From positions 124,001-188,000 of the IMG/VR virus record IMGVR_UViG_3300036766_000194: a DNA stretch of 64,000 nt; one strand, 5' to 3'. This document shows, piece by piece, positions 8,320 through 18,899 of the stretch. A program made the position numbers and the translations under genes. How positions within the stretch are numbered: position 1 is the first letter of the stretch; the number at the start of each line of letters is the position of its first letter. The notes beneath the pieces were generated by a model that was not told where the DNA came from, did not search any database, and was given only the letters and a program-made list of their open reading frames with translations.

Positions 8320-9439
8320 TTTTAGTTTTGTCCTGATTTATAATACTGGCTTTTTCTTGTTCCGTCTTTTTGCGTAGTCTAGCTTCACGACTACGACCAT
8401 CTTTAGCTGGCTCTAGAGTGAATACTGGAATGTCCAATGTTGGGTCCAGTTTAGCAATAGCCTTGGCGCTGAATTTATACTGTCTTCCGTAGGTATGAAT
8501 GACTTCGCGATAATTGGTGAGTTTAGGATTGATCTTTTTGAAGTAATTCCGCATCAAATTATCTTTGATGATACAATAGACGATAAATAGATTCTTAGGA
8601 GTTTTAATGTCTTTGCGCTTTATGGCATCGATAACCGTTTTAGCGATTTGTAATGGGCTGTTTACGCCATCATTTACCAAACGTTTTACCAAAGCCGTTA
8701 CGGTGCGCTGACGACTATAACGACGAGGTTCGTCAGAGTTACTAGCTTGTTGAATCTCGGGGAGAGATTTAGATAAAGATTCTTCCTCGGTTATCTTTAG
8801 ATCATCTGATATTAAAAATCTACCTTGAGGATCATCGTTAACAAGGTTAGAAACAACTGGTCCATGGTAGAACACTCTTTGATCTTCAGGAATGTGGTTA
8901 AGATTGAGAAGATTTCTAACTGGAGTTTCTACCAGAATGCTCTTTGTCTTTAGATTTATACGAACACAAGCAACACCATTCTGCATTACTTCTATTTTCC
9001 CGCAATAGTCCCGTGTTTCCCCATCTATAACTCTTACAAAGTCTCCAGCCCTAAGATTCTTAGCACGTTCATAAAAAATCTTCTGTATGTCCCTGATTAC
9101 CTCTTGAACATAGGAATCTTGTGCCATAATGGCTTTGCTGGGATGGTTGGTTTCTCCCTCTGTCACTAGTGCCACCACCCCCGTGATAGACTTGAGTCTG
9201 AGTAAGGGATGGATAGCATTGGTACGAATGAATATATAGATGCCAGTTTTAAGTTCAAAAACATCTAAGTCTCTTACACAAACCGGGATGAATACTTCTA
9301 CAGGTTCTGAACGAAAGATACTAGGAATAGCTTTTCCTATACGGCGTAGAGTCTGTTCGATCGTCTTCTCATTGCTTAACTCCATCATATACCAAGATTT
9401 ATTCTTGAGCTTCTCTATTGCGCCATATTGAAAAAGCAT
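8240..9439 (-). CDS. NusG-family protein (NGN + KOW) with a C-terminal extension of about 200 aa
   Basis: WY..., EVFIP, GIYIFI and ITGVVALV (NGN); LRAGDFVRVIDG...G.I (KOW). Confidence 0.8.
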   Translation of the reverse strand: MLFQYGAIEKLKNKSWYMMELSNEKTIEQTLRRIGKAIPSIFRSEPVEVFIPVCVRDLDVFELKTGIYIFIRTNAIHPLLRLKSITGVVALVTEGETNHPSKAIMAQDSYVQEVIRDIQKIFYERAKNLRAGDFVRVIDGETRDYCGKIEVMQNGVACVRINLKTKSILVETPVRNLLNLNHIPEDQRVFYHGPVVSNLVNDDPQGRFLISDDLKITEEESLSKSLPEIQQASNSDEPRRYSRQRTVTALVKRLVNDGVNSPLQIAKTVIDAIKRKDIKTPKNLFIVYCIIKDNLMRNYFKKINPKLTNYREVIHTYGRQYKFSAKAIAKLDPTLDIPVFTLEPAKDGRSREARLRKKTEQEKASIINQDKTKNVKPSAQGNGTKRTRPKVPKQSNTTV

Positions 9440-9539
9440 GTAGTACCTCTCTTCTGATTCAATACTACGTTCAGAGAATTTCGGAATATTAATAAATTAT
9501 TCAATAGCCTATCAGAAAATTCAGAGGTAGAATACTAAT

Positions 9540-9704
9540 ATGGGATTACGGGAAGAGCTTCTACAGGATTTAAAACGGTGCGAAGAACGGGCTATTGAAA
9601 TCCGTAAGCTCCTCGGCCTAGAAAAATCTACATGTTCTGAGGCAAAATTGAAACAGTTGGAAAATGCTCGCATAAAAAAGAAATTGAAGAAAGAAAACTC
9701 ATGA
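9540..9704 (+). CDS. small leaderless hypothetical protein (54 aa)
   Basis: ATG 6 nt after TAGCCT-N17-TAGAAT. Confidence 0.5.
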   Translation: MGLREELLQDLKRCEERAIEIRKLLGLEKSTCSEAKLKQLENARIKKKLKKENS

Positions 9705-9771
9705 TGGACTCTGCTCTTTTTGTAGTATTTAAAACAGTCTGGTTGGAAAAGAAGAACAAGAAGAAGGAGCA

Positions 9772-9948
9772 ATGAAAAACACAATAATCCGTAATCAACT
9801 TCTACAAGCCATGGGAATTTCTTCGTCTATCAGTCAGATTGATGTAACTGACGTTAGTCTTGAACATCTCATTGCCATAAAACAAACCGCTCAGCAATTG
9901 CACCAATTGTTGAAGGAAATCACTCTTTCTATCCCCAAGGAACAGTAG
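9772..9948 (+). CDS. small hypothetical protein (58 aa)
   Basis: AAGGAG SD; MKNTIIRNQLLQAM... Confidence 0.45.
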   Translation: MKNTIIRNQLLQAMGISSSISQIDVTDVSLEHLIAIKQTAQQLHQLLKEITLSIPKEQ

Positions 9949-10197
9949 GATAGATAGAGGCAAAGGAAGCTGCCTGTGATCTCATGTATCTTCATGGATG
10001 GGAAACCCTTGTATTGAAAAATGTTGGTTGGTCGAATGTGTGGATGCGCATCCCTTTCGTGTTTTTGTGATGAAGGATTACACTGCCACATTGGATCCGT
10101 GTGAAGCGCAGCGATTCGATACGAAAGAAGAAGCAGAGACTTTCATTAACACCAGGTGAAAATGCAGGCAGTGGAGTTCACATTCTGGTAAACCTTC

Positions 10198-11352
10198 TTA
10201 TTCTACTTTAAATCCACCCATACGGGCAGCTTCCTTAGCTGTTAAGGCAGATCCTTCTAAGCCGCTCTTAATAGGGGCAGGTGCTGATGAGGTTATTTTA
10301 TACCCGCTCTTCGCCGCTCCTGCTGCTCCAGGTAGTTTAGGATCTCTTATACAAAACATCTCATACAGGAACAAGGGAAGCACATCGGAGGATAGAGTTT
10401 GACTCTGACTCCACTTCATAAAAAATTCTGTCATAGTGGGAACGTTGCCAAACTGAGTCAGAACATCACTCAGTTCATCGGTAAATACGCTCCGAGCATA
10501 ATAGCCAAACATAGCCTCAATGATCTTAGCAGGTTCATAGACGCGGGCTAGTCCATCTATAGCGAATATGGCTTCTTTCTGCTTCTTTTGTAGGACTAAC
10601 GTAAATAAGTCTACTACTCCATCTTCTAGGGTTGTCTCAAGTTGAGATTTCACCAGTTCAACCGTTACATTTCCTAGGGCTGCAATTATATCTAACATCT
10701 TTACCGCATCACGCACTTTGCCCTTAGAGGCACGTGCTATAGCCCTGAGTGCTTCTAGCTCATACGTTACACCATTCTCTACCGATACTGCCGAGAGCAG
10801 CCCGAGAATAGTCTCATCAGCCACTTTAGCAAACCGTATGCGACAACTGCGACTCTTTATCGTGCCTGGGATCTTTTCAGGAGAATTGGTTATGAATATG
10901 AAAATGGCGTCAGTATCAGCAGCTTCTAAGGGTTTTAGATAGACGTCAAAGGCTTCCCGACTAAGACGATGAGCTTCGTCAATCATAGTCACTCGTCTTT
11001 TTCCTAAAATAGGAAGGGATATTCCTACTTCAAGGATATTTCTTGCTTGTTCTACCCCAGAATTTGATGCGGCGTCAACTTCACGGAAATCAGGATGTTG
11101 GTCAATACCATTGGTATCTATTAGATTACAGCTTTCACACTTTCCACAACCAAGAGGATCACTTCCTGTACACATAAGAGCACGGCTGTGGATATATGCG
11201 GTGGTGGTTTTACCGACACCCCGAATACCTTCAAATATGAACCCTCGTAATAGGAACTTATTGAATTTGAGTAACGCCTGTAGAACTTTTATGGCGCGGG
11301 GTTGCCCTACTACTCCATTCCAGTCTTGAGGTCGTTTAGTTATCAGGCTCAT
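10198..11352 (-). CDS. dnaX: DNA polymerase III gamma/tau-like clamp loader
   Basis: RP..W..VVGQ, GIRGVGKTT, C..GCGKCESC, EVDAAS, IDEAH, TIKSRS. Confidence 0.9.
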   Translation of the reverse strand: MSLITKRPQDWNGVVGQPRAIKVLQALLKFNKFLLRGFIFEGIRGVGKTTTAYIHSRALMCTGSDPLGCGKCESCNLIDTNGIDQHPDFREVDAASNSGVEQARNILEVGISLPILGKRRVTMIDEAHRLSREAFDVYLKPLEAADTDAIFIFITNSPEKIPGTIKSRSCRIRFAKVADETILGLLSAVSVENGVTYELEALRAIARASKGKVRDAVKMLDIIAALGNVTVELVKSQLETTLEDGVVDLFTLVLQKKQKEAIFAIDGLARVYEPAKIIEAMFGYYARSVFTDELSDVLTQFGNVPTMTEFFMKWSQSQTLSSDVLPLFLYEMFCIRDPKLPGAAGAAKSGYKITSSAPAPIKSGLEGSALTAKEAARMGGFKVE

Positions 11353-11444
11353 GGTAGATAATATTATTTAATTTTTAATCTTCCTATCCCAGGCTCTGCT
11401 ATAGCACGAGTCGCACACCCAAATCTTACTGCCCTTATAGGTTT

Positions 11445-11633
11445 CTACTTTATGGTGTGCTGGCTTTCCACAAGAAATTTCTGACTATGGCCGCTTTTAC
11501 AATAGTCACAGACCCAAAATGGATCTCCACTGGTAGCTGTAGCTTTTTCAAACGCAAGTTCACCGCAGGGCACCGGATGAGCGTGTACCCCACATTCACA
11601 TTTATGCTTTGGTTCTTTAAAATTCTTTGACAT
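11445..11633 (-). CDS. small Cys/His protein
   Basis: CECG..H...C...CDYC. Confidence 0.4.
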   Translation of the reverse strand: MSKNFKEPKHKCECGVHAHPVPCGELAFEKATATSGDPFWVCDYCKSGHSQKFLVESQHTIK

Positions 11634-11914
11634 TGGTGTTCATCTTAATCAATTCTACAGCAACCAGAAGAGGCACAGGTTCTCTATACATTAAACGCAT
11701 CTGTTCTGCGCGTTCATCGTTAGTAGAATGTTGTCGAAAAGGAAGAGGCATACAACGGAACCAAACCGCTACAACATTACCTTCTTTATCTAACTCTATA
11801 TCAAGATGAGTAGTACCATGAATCGTTTTATTATGCCCGTAGACAGAGATTTCTTCTTTTTGTTTTCTCTTATCTAGCCACATCATCAAATAACTCACCA
11901 ATTGGCGAATCTTC
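11617..11914 (-). CDS. hypothetical protein
   Basis: GGAGGG SD before MKIRQLV; AVWFRC motif. Confidence 0.5.
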
Positions 11915-12034
11915 ATTCTTCCCTCCCTCCCTGTGGGTGCGGCGGCCAAGACGGACTCCGTAAGCACCGTTTCGTTTTGTTTATTCCATCCGATGCTGTG
12001 AGTGATGACCGCACTTCCAGTGCATCATCTTGAT

Positions 12035-12259
12035 TTACTTTCGCACTTCCAGCCCGTCGATTTGAACCCAAGTTTCCGGGACATGAATGGACCGGGCTAG
12101 AAACGTGCCGCGTGCAGCCTTTACTTCGACGGCGCGAAACCAATTATCAACGTTCACGGAGTCTTTCCTGTGAGCCATGACAGGGGCAGTGCCGCCCAGC
12201 AACGCTTTCCTGGCCTCTTTGTATTCGCTGATTTCTATGGTCATTTGCGTGACCTCCAT
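12035..12259 (-). CDS. hypothetical protein
   Basis: GGAGGT SD before the internal MTIEISE start. Confidence 0.5.
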   Translation of the reverse strand: MEVTQMTIEISEYKEARKALLGGTAPVMAHRKDSVNVDNWFRAVEVKAARGTFLARSIHVPETWVQIDGLEVRK

Positions 12260-12592
12260 ATAATATAAGTCCCCTTAAAATCCTTCACGTTTAATATCTT
12301 CAAAAATTTCTTCGTCGTCTTTGGAACGCATGAAACTCACAAGTACGATAGTAAGCAAAGTCCAAATGGTAAAAAATAGTCCCATGTCTCTATACTACCG
12401 TCCCCGCCGAATTAAGGTTAATACAGCGTGCCAATAATTCTTAACAGCCAAGACCAAACCTACTGCTACTGACATGAGCAAAGGCCAATTAGCGGGGGAG
12501 AATATCCCGTGAACAGGGCAGAAAAAGAATTCATAAATAGCGTTCATTTGTTTTCATCTTCTATGAACTTTGGAAACTTCACCAAAAATGCT

Positions 12593-12853
12593 TCATTGAA
12601 TTGCCCAAATGAGAAAACCCGCAGCAATCAGGGAGACTGCCAGACCGAAACTTACCCCATACAGAAAGGACCGAGCATCCATCTTTTCGGCTTCTTCTTT
12701 TATCATTGCCACGACTATGTCAGCCTCATCAAGGTGAATGCGCAGGTCATTTACGGTATCAAGAAGATGTCCCTCCAATATGTTATACACGCTGGGATGA
12801 CGCTTCCTCAAATCGTTGTGTTCTGCAATTCTCTCGCTATTCATTACGGCCAT
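12593..12853 (-). CDS. small protein with a C-terminal TM helix
   Basis: GGAG SD; hydrophobic C-terminus. Confidence 0.5.
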   Translation of the reverse strand: MAVMNSERIAEHNDLRKRHPSVYNILEGHLLDTVNDLRIHLDEADIVVAMIKEEAEKMDARSFLYGVSFGLAVSLIAAGFLIWAIQ

Positions 12854-12854
12854 G

Positions 12855-13484
12855 TTATTCTCCCCTGGCAAAATCTTTGGTCTTGAGTTTCACAATCAGG
12901 CGTGCGCCGTTTTTGTCAAACAAGGTTTCCAGAGGACGACCTACCAAACCCTCAGCATCCTTGTCAGGATCCACTGAACAACGGGATTTGAACCCCTTAC
13001 GCACGAATTCGGTGGCTTCTTCCAAGGTCATTTCCCCAAAGTCGGGAACAACCCTAAGTCCGAGTTTACTTGCCACGTCGGCGACATTCTCATAAGAAAG
13101 CCACCATTTGTTGTCAACGAGGACGTCAAAGACGATAAATTTTTTAGTGGGAGAAAGCCCTCCGCCATTCTGGATTCCTGCGCCATATCCTTCACCGTAT
13201 ATTACAACATCAGTTTCGGGAAAGAGATCGTTCAACAGAACAGAACTGATATTTTCGTGAAGCCAGTTGGTCAAATCAGCGGGAAGTTGTGCGTTGTCTG
13301 TCTTACCACCAAAGGACCGACTGTTTGACTTCCAGATGCAGCGAATGTTCATTCCGTCCACTTTTTCCGACCAGCGCCAGGATTTCAAGAGGGAGTAGAC
13401 ACGATTCTTAAATACTCCTGGCTTGACCTTGAAAGTGTCGGCATCACGTTCGTACAGCGTTTCAATTTTATGATATTCATTCAT
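12855..13484 (-). CDS. ATP-dependent RNA ligase (Rnl2-like)
   Basis: motif I EKVDGMN, III YGEGYG, IIIa FIVFDV, IV EGLV, V KLK. Confidence 0.88.
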   Translation of the reverse strand: MNEYHKIETLYERDADTFKVKPGVFKNRVYSLLKSWRWSEKVDGMNIRCIWKSNSRSFGGKTDNAQLPADLTNWLHENISSVLLNDLFPETDVVIYGEGYGAGIQNGGGLSPTKKFIVFDVLVDNKWWLSYENVADVASKLGLRVVPDFGEMTLEEATEFVRKGFKSRCSVDPDKDAEGLVGRPLETLFDKNGARLIVKLKTKDFARGE

Positions 13485-13526
13485 GTAGGTTCCCCGCCGA
13501 ATTAAGGTTATTCATTCATGTAGGTT
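13474..13526. repeat. 18-bp direct repeat flanking a 17-bp promoter fragment
   Basis: TATTCATTCATGTAGGTT at 13474-13491 and 13509-13526; 13491-13510 is identical to 12401-12420. Confidence 0.85.
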
Positions 13527-13796
13527 TTGTTTGCACCTTGAAAGGCTGATACTCCTGTTTGTAATCCTACGGAATTTTCTTGTTTCCAATTTCTAATAGG
13601 AGCTTCCCTATTGAGGATAAACTGATCGTCGTCAACAGGTTCATGACGAGGAGTGGTAAGGCTGGGTGCCTTGATATAAAGAACTTCCTCTTGTGCGTAG
13701 AATGACACTACCTCCACCTCCGAATGATTTCATACACATCCAGATAGTCCTTAGATTCCTGCTCAGAGCCATGAGAAGACTCTGATTGGTAGTTAC

Positions 13797-14057
13797 TCAC
13801 CGGACCCTCCGGTAGATTTCGACGCAGGCGAAACACGAATGTTTCAGGTGACCTTCGGTAATCTCAACTCCCAGATCCCAAGCAACCTTACGACCGCAAA
13901 GGGCCAGGGTATCGGCACCGCCGCCCAACATCTTACCCTTGTAGGTAAGAGGACGAATGTGCCAGCGAGCCGTCCTTCCGGATGTCACCGTCTCACAAAA
14001 ACTGTGAGGAGGTACTTCGTACATCTTTTCAAATTCGGGAGTGTTTTCGAGACTCAT
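13797..14057 (-). CDS. hypothetical Zn-binding protein
   Basis: WH...LCG...C..C; downstream of a promoter motif. Confidence 0.55.
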   Translation of the reverse strand: MSLENTPEFEKMYEVPPHSFCETVTSGRTARWHIRPLTYKGKMLGGGADTLALCGRKVAWDLGVEITEGHLKHSCFACVEIYRRVR

Positions 14058-14215
14058 ATAGGTTCTTCCAATTATATTCTACCGGAACGAATAGAAAAAG
14101 GTTAACCTTTCTTATGTTTCTCTCGATTGATACCAGTACATATCAGCGTATAATCCTCGCCTACAAGAGTGACAACGTTCTCCTGTCTTTCAAAAACGTT
14201 AATTTACGAAATTTC

Positions 14216-14458
14216 TTAACCATTGTCATCACGCTCCAGCCGCATGTAGTGCCCGGCATAACCATCCTCTAATTTCACTTCTCCAACGATAAGACAAGTC
14301 TTTACGGAACCCTTCACCTTAGCAATGTGTCCGTCTTCGCCTACACGGTCACCAAACACAAAGTCTAGTTGTTCGCTTTCTACTTGGTCAGGAATAAGGA
14401 TGAGAAATCTCCGCTCATTAGATTTCCCTCGATCAAAAACTCTGGTTTCTACTTTCAT
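14216..14458 (-). CDS. hypothetical protein
   Basis: GAGGT SD. Confidence 0.5.
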   Translation of the reverse strand: MKVETRVFDRGKSNERRFLILIPDQVESEQLDFVFGDRVGEDGHIAKVKGSVKTCLIVGEVKLEDGYAGHYMRLERDDNG

Positions 14459-14490
14459 TTTCTATACCTCTACAGATGTAATACGGGAGT

Positions 14491-14525
14491 AAAAAGAAAA
14501 ACCGGGCGATTTTTAGTCGCCCGGT
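14491..14525 (-). terminator. intrinsic terminator after the OmpA-domain gene
   Basis: ACCGGGCGA/TCGCCCGGT stem followed by TTTTCTTTTT on the minus strand. Confidence 0.8.
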
Positions 14526-14543
14526 GTTCTCACGCCTTGAAGG

Positions 14544-15791
14544 TTAGTTAGTAAGTGCAACGCCCTGCCAAACGAAGTGGACACGACGGTTAAGTTGATA
14601 ACAGGATTCGCTCTCTGTCGGAGTAGGACAGAAGATGTTCGTCTTGCCCTTGGTGTCAGCGGCAAGGATGCGATGCGCATCAATTCCAGCTGCCAAAATA
14701 GCCTTATGGACAGTGTTGACTCGGTTCCTGCCGAGTTTCAGGTTATGATCGCTAGACCCGCGAACATCACAGGCGCTAACGATGGTGAAAGTAACTGCCG
14801 GATGAGCAACGAGGAACGCAATGTTCTGCTCCAAAACATACTGTTGCTTACTGTCAACGTTTGCCTTGTCATAAGCAAAAAACACGTCCTGCATTCTCTC
14901 ATTGAAAATAACTTCACCCGTCTTCACAGGAAGAGGAGTGACCGGAGTTACAGGGGTTGGTGTCACCGTGACGATGGGTTGTTGAAGAAGCACCGTGACA
15001 GGTTCAATCTTAACCTGTATGGGCACCCGAGGAACTACTGCAGCCACCGGAGCAGGAGCAGGTTCCGTCATACAATCTGCCATCGTGATGCCAGCCTTCT
15101 TTGCATTGGGTTCCTGAACAAGCAGCTTACAAGCTGCCAGCTTGGAACCAAGCAAAGCAAAAGAGCGAGCCGTTTCACGAATGTCGCAACCCTTGTCAAT
15201 CTTACCCCCGCCCATAGAGAATCCGAATCCTGCAGCTTGACCCGCGCCGCCGTATCCCTTAATACAAGGGGCAGAAGGCAAAGCATCGGGAGCAATAGCC
15301 GAAGCGGTTTGACGAACCTGCTTGTAGGTCGTGTTCACCGTGGTCGAATTGCCCGAGGAGTTATTGGACTGTTCCTGACCCTGGCTGGAATTACCCGAGT
15401 TGCTCACGCCTGCCGTGGCAGACGCAGAGCCACCCTGGCCGCCAGTGGCGGTATTGGTGTTAGTATTGGACGAGTTGCCGGAATTCTTGATGGTAGCGTT
15501 TCCGCCCTCGCCAATTCCGATGCCAACTCCCGTTGAGGTTGAAGTTGAGGAAGAAGTCGAAGAACTGGAGCCGCCGTTTCCGACGCCGCCGTTTCCGACG
15601 CCGCCATTTCCACCATTTCCACCATTTCCACCATTTCCACCATTTCCACCGTTGTTGCTGTTGGGACAGTTGGGATTGCCATTGCCGTGATCCTGGTTAT
15701 TGCCACAGTCGTCAGCAAATGCTGTGCCGACAGTGAAAGCAAGAGCAAGAATCAGCATAGAGATACGAAAGATACTACGATTGATATTCAA
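14544..15791 (-). CDS. exported Gly/Asn/Ser-rich protein with a C-terminal OmpA/Pal peptidoglycan-binding domain
   Basis: signal peptide (AFA-DD), GGN repeats, VFFAYDK...CDVRGS...N..LG..R...NRRV. Confidence 0.85.
   Translation of the reverse strand: MNINRSIFRISMLILALAFTVGTAFADDCGNNQDHGNGNPNCPNSNNGGNGGNGGNGGNGGNGGVGNGGVGNGGSSSSTSSSTSTSTGVGIGIGEGGNATIKNSGNSSNTNTNTATGGQGGSASATAGVSNSGNSSQGQEQSNNSSGNSTTVNTTYKQVRQTASAIAPDALPSAPCIKGYGGAGQAAGFGFSMGGGKIDKGCDIRETARSFALLGSKLAACKLLVQEPNAKKAGITMADCMTEPAPAPVAAVVPRVPIQVKIEPVTVLLQQPIVTVTPTPVTPVTPLPVKTGEVIFNERMQDVFFAYDKANVDSKQQYVLEQNIAFLVAHPAVTFTIVSACDVRGSSDHNLKLGRNRVNTVHKAILAAGIDAHRILAADTKGKTNIFCPTPTESESCYQLNRRVHFVWQGVALTN
15570..15652 (-). repeat. coding tandem repeats (GGN 9-mers, GGVGN 15-mers)
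   Basis: (CCATTTCCA)n and (CCGCCGTTTCCGACG)n. Confidence 0.85.
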
Positions 15792-15897
15792 ATGTGTTCT
15801 CCTTAGATGTAAGCCCCTTAGATAAGGGTTCTCCTTTTATAGTCTACTGCTGATTCTATAAAAGGGGTAAATTTTATTACATTAGGTAAATAATACC

Positions 15898-16125
15898 TCA
15901 ATCAATCAATCCGGCCAACCGAGCGTCGCTAACCAAGTTGCCCAAATTTGCGTATTCGCGAGGTTGGTTGGGAATGACATTGCGCCGGACTAACTGATAG
16001 TACAGCTGCCGAAGCGTAAGTTGGAATCCTTGTTCGGTGTAGTCATCAATGATTTGATTACATACGGATATCAATTGCCGCTTCGTGGCGCTGAAATTGA
16101 TATTCTGATATTGTATGACAGGCAT
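15898..16125 (-). pseudogene. N-terminal fragment of a TopoVI-A/Toprim-like protein
   Basis: LTLRQLYYQLV...Y..L...V..AR..G.ID then TGA where W usually follows; no Toprim part. Confidence 0.6.
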
Positions 16126-16358
16126 TATAACTCAATTCCTTCTGGAATAGTTCCCCACTTAACAAAATAATAGGCTGCCAGTAATCGTTGTAGTCTTTTA
16201 ATGCGCATTCTTTTCACGCGAGGAGGCAGCTTACTTTTACAAACTATCTCTAATTTAGCTGCTAGGACAAGTCCCTCGGTGCGAGGAAGAAATTTGCCGT
16301 TAATGTAATAGACGTTAATCCGTTCTTCCATTTTTATCCCTTCGTCATAAGACGTCAT
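16125..16358 (-). CDS. hypothetical protein
   Basis: GGAG SD; coupled to the next gene. Confidence 0.45.
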   Translation of the reverse strand: MTSYDEGIKMEERINVYYINGKFLPRTEGLVLAAKLEIVCKSKLPPRVKRMRIKRLQRLLAAYYFVKWGTIPEGIEL

Positions 16359-17107
16359 CTTGTCTCCACTAACTCCACGAATGCGAAGAAAGGAGTTTTA
16401 GAAATTTTCTTGGCAATTTTCGTTTTCATGGAAGTTTGTGTAACTCCATGTTCAATATAGTCATGGATGATTTCTTCATCAGACAGACGTCGAACTAAAC
16501 GGAAGAAGGTTCGTTGCCGGATATCCTTTAGAAAGTTTACTGCGTAAATTAGCAGCTAGGTAGCGATTACCTGACACACGTTGTTGAATAGTTTTCATAA
16601 AGGTACTCTACCGGGGAGCAGTAGTAAAGAGTTAATTTACCAAGACAATGAACCTTTCATAATTACGGCAATTCAATCTCCCCGGTTCCCCGGCTTAGTA
16701 ATGAGAATGAACTCACTGTCACATTGCTGGTTGGCTTGGGATAGGGTTATCATTATTTGGCCTTTTCAAAAGCGATAGACGCACCCAAAAGGAAAGCATT
16801 TTCTATGATGAGATAATCCATAGGAGTGGGGTTAACGATGTTGTCTTCCACAAACACTCGAGACCGGGACTTTAGTTCGGACATCATTTCTTCCGTGATG
16901 TCAATGTAAGATTTCATGCCGGATTTACCTGATTCAGCAGTTTGCTGATCCTGTCTACAAAATTCATAAAGACAGCAAGCTGAAAATTAGGATCATCCAG
17001 AGCAGCCACGACAGCTTTTTCAACCATAGGATTGTGACGGAGAGTAATATGCTCCTTAGAATCACAATACAGACAAGGTCCATAAAGAAGTTCACTTTTT
17101 CCAATCA

Positions 17108-17698
17108 TTAGTTTATCTCCGATACGTTGTCCAAGTCCTGTTCTGATTTAATGGTATTTAGAGGAAGTTCCTGTTGAACGGCAGGCTTGGGAAGTTTGAC
17201 TTTGGATTGGTCAATCACCGGGGTAATGGGAGACTCCACCAGGGGGAGTTCCATACGCTCTGAGCACTCAGGACCAAACCCCGAAGCGATAGACTCCGGC
17301 ACCGTCAGTTTACGACCGCAACGACCGCAGCGACCCTCGTGCCAGACTTCCAAAAGTTCGGGAATGATTCCCTTTTGAAAAGATTCCAATGCCCACATAA
17401 AAGTCTTTACCGGGACGCTGCTGATTCCCATTTTGGAAGCGCGGGTGGTGAACTTACCATCACGAATCATGCCAATATAAACGTAGTCGGCAGTGTTGTC
17501 AGCGCCAGCGAGAACCTTTACGAAGTGAACAGGACCAGCAGAAGGCCAAGCCACCCCACCGGGTGGGTTTGTTTTCCCCTCACGAATCTTGAAAGTATAT
17601 CGGTTTCCTGTTTTGGCGGAACGGAAGGTTATTGTGGAATTACCAGCGAACATGAACTTGAGGATTTGCTTGGTGTCGGTAAGCTGTCCTGGCATCAT
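17108..17698 (-). CDS. DUF6011-like Zn-finger protein
   Basis: EGRCGRCGRKLTVPESIASGFGPEC. Confidence 0.75.
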   Translation of the reverse strand: MMPGQLTDTKQILKFMFAGNSTITFRSAKTGNRYTFKIREGKTNPPGGVAWPSAGPVHFVKVLAGADNTADYVYIGMIRDGKFTTRASKMGISSVPVKTFMWALESFQKGIIPELLEVWHEGRCGRCGRKLTVPESIASGFGPECSERMELPLVESPITPVIDQSKVKLPKPAVQQELPLNTIKSEQDLDNVSEIN

Positions 17699-17840
17699 AT
17701 AACGTTCCTCCAGTCTACCGAACAGAATGAAAAAGGTTAATGATCCGGGTACAGACTTTCCGAGTACTCATACACTTCTCCAGATATAAGCGGCATTAAC
17801 AGCTAGAACGACGTATGTTTTCACTTCCATGGGGTATCTT

Positions 17841-18194
17841 TTACTTGCTTCCCAAAGCATCTTCATCAGTGTCCTTTTGAGACGTGTTGGATTCGTGATA
17901 CGCGGGTCCAATGTCCAGTTTGTGGCCACCGCGACCCTCTTCCCATTGCTGGATAACGTTCGCAACGACTTGAATGTCCGTCAACCCACCATGGTTGATG
18001 AGTAGCTTGTCAACTTCTAGGAGTTGATGGACCAAATCGGGGTGAATCCAATCGGGACTGAAAACAGAACCAGTTTCACGGTCGTTGAGCATTCGAGTTG
18101 CCAATAAGTGGTAAACCGGATACTGATAAAAAGGCCTCTTGAGTAGAGTCTCTTTAACGGGAGAGATTTCAATCGCAAGTTTACGTTTTTCCAT
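17841..18194 (-). CDS. hypothetical protein (leaderless)
   Basis: ATG 6 nt after TAACTC-N17-TAGAAT. Confidence 0.55.
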   Translation of the reverse strand: MEKRKLAIEISPVKETLLKRPFYQYPVYHLLATRMLNDRETGSVFSPDWIHPDLVHQLLEVDKLLINHGGLTDIQVVANVIQQWEEGRGGHKLDIGPAYHESNTSQKDTDEDALGSK

Positions 18195-18226
18195 GTGAAT
18201 ATTCTACCTTGTCTTTTTAGGATGAG

Positions 18227-18661
18227 TTATTCCAAACCAGAATTGCGTAGTATTCCTTGTATTACTGTCTCTCTGAGAAAATTATCCCAACGGGATATAG
18301 GTTGACGATAGCCCAACATAACGGCCCCAACATAGGATTTCATGGAAATCCTATTCCAAATATCTTCCCAAGTAGGACGGTGTATAGTTTTACCTATCAT
18401 CCTGAGTTTGGGCTCCGCCGAATTAAGGTCTCTTTGAGTATCTAGTTCCTCTGCATATTCTTCTATGGCTAGGTCAGCTAGACGACAAATACCTGGTAGA
18501 TCGGCCTTGTGAGGGATACGAAGGGCTATAATAGAATCAATAGAAACCTCTGCTAACAATGCTTGCTCCTGGGGACTGATACGCGGGGCATCATCCGTAG
18601 CAGGAAGCCCACAAGTAATACATAGTCCATTCTCATCTGCTAAGATATGTTCGCAGATCAT
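18227..18661 (-). CDS. hypothetical protein with N-terminal Zn ligands
   Basis: CEH...CITC; GAGGGG SD. Confidence 0.55.
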   Translation of the reverse strand: MICEHILADENGLCITCGLPATDDAPRISPQEQALLAEVSIDSIIALRIPHKADLPGICRLADLAIEEYAEELDTQRDLNSAEPKLRMIGKTIHRPTWEDIWNRISMKSYVGAVMLGYRQPISRWDNFLRETVIQGILRNSGLE

Positions 18662-18899
18662 TTAACCCCTCTAATTAGAGTTGAAAATTACAGGGTTTAT
18701 GGTAAGGTCATCCATATACGTCGTAACTCGTTTCATTCTTCTTTTTTAGCATCTTCACGAACTCTTTTAATCAGAAGAGCTAAAGATTGAATTTCATACT
18801 CATCATCGGGACAATCGGGACTAAAGTCCCTCCACCAATCTCTAGCTGTGTTCCATTCATAATCAGAAACAGCATTTCTCATATGTTCGGGAAGTTTCA

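Noticed and set aside
14577-15748. Alternative-frame ORFs with PPF, HHF or MVE repeats
   Set aside because: Frames of the GGN repeat in the OmpA-domain gene
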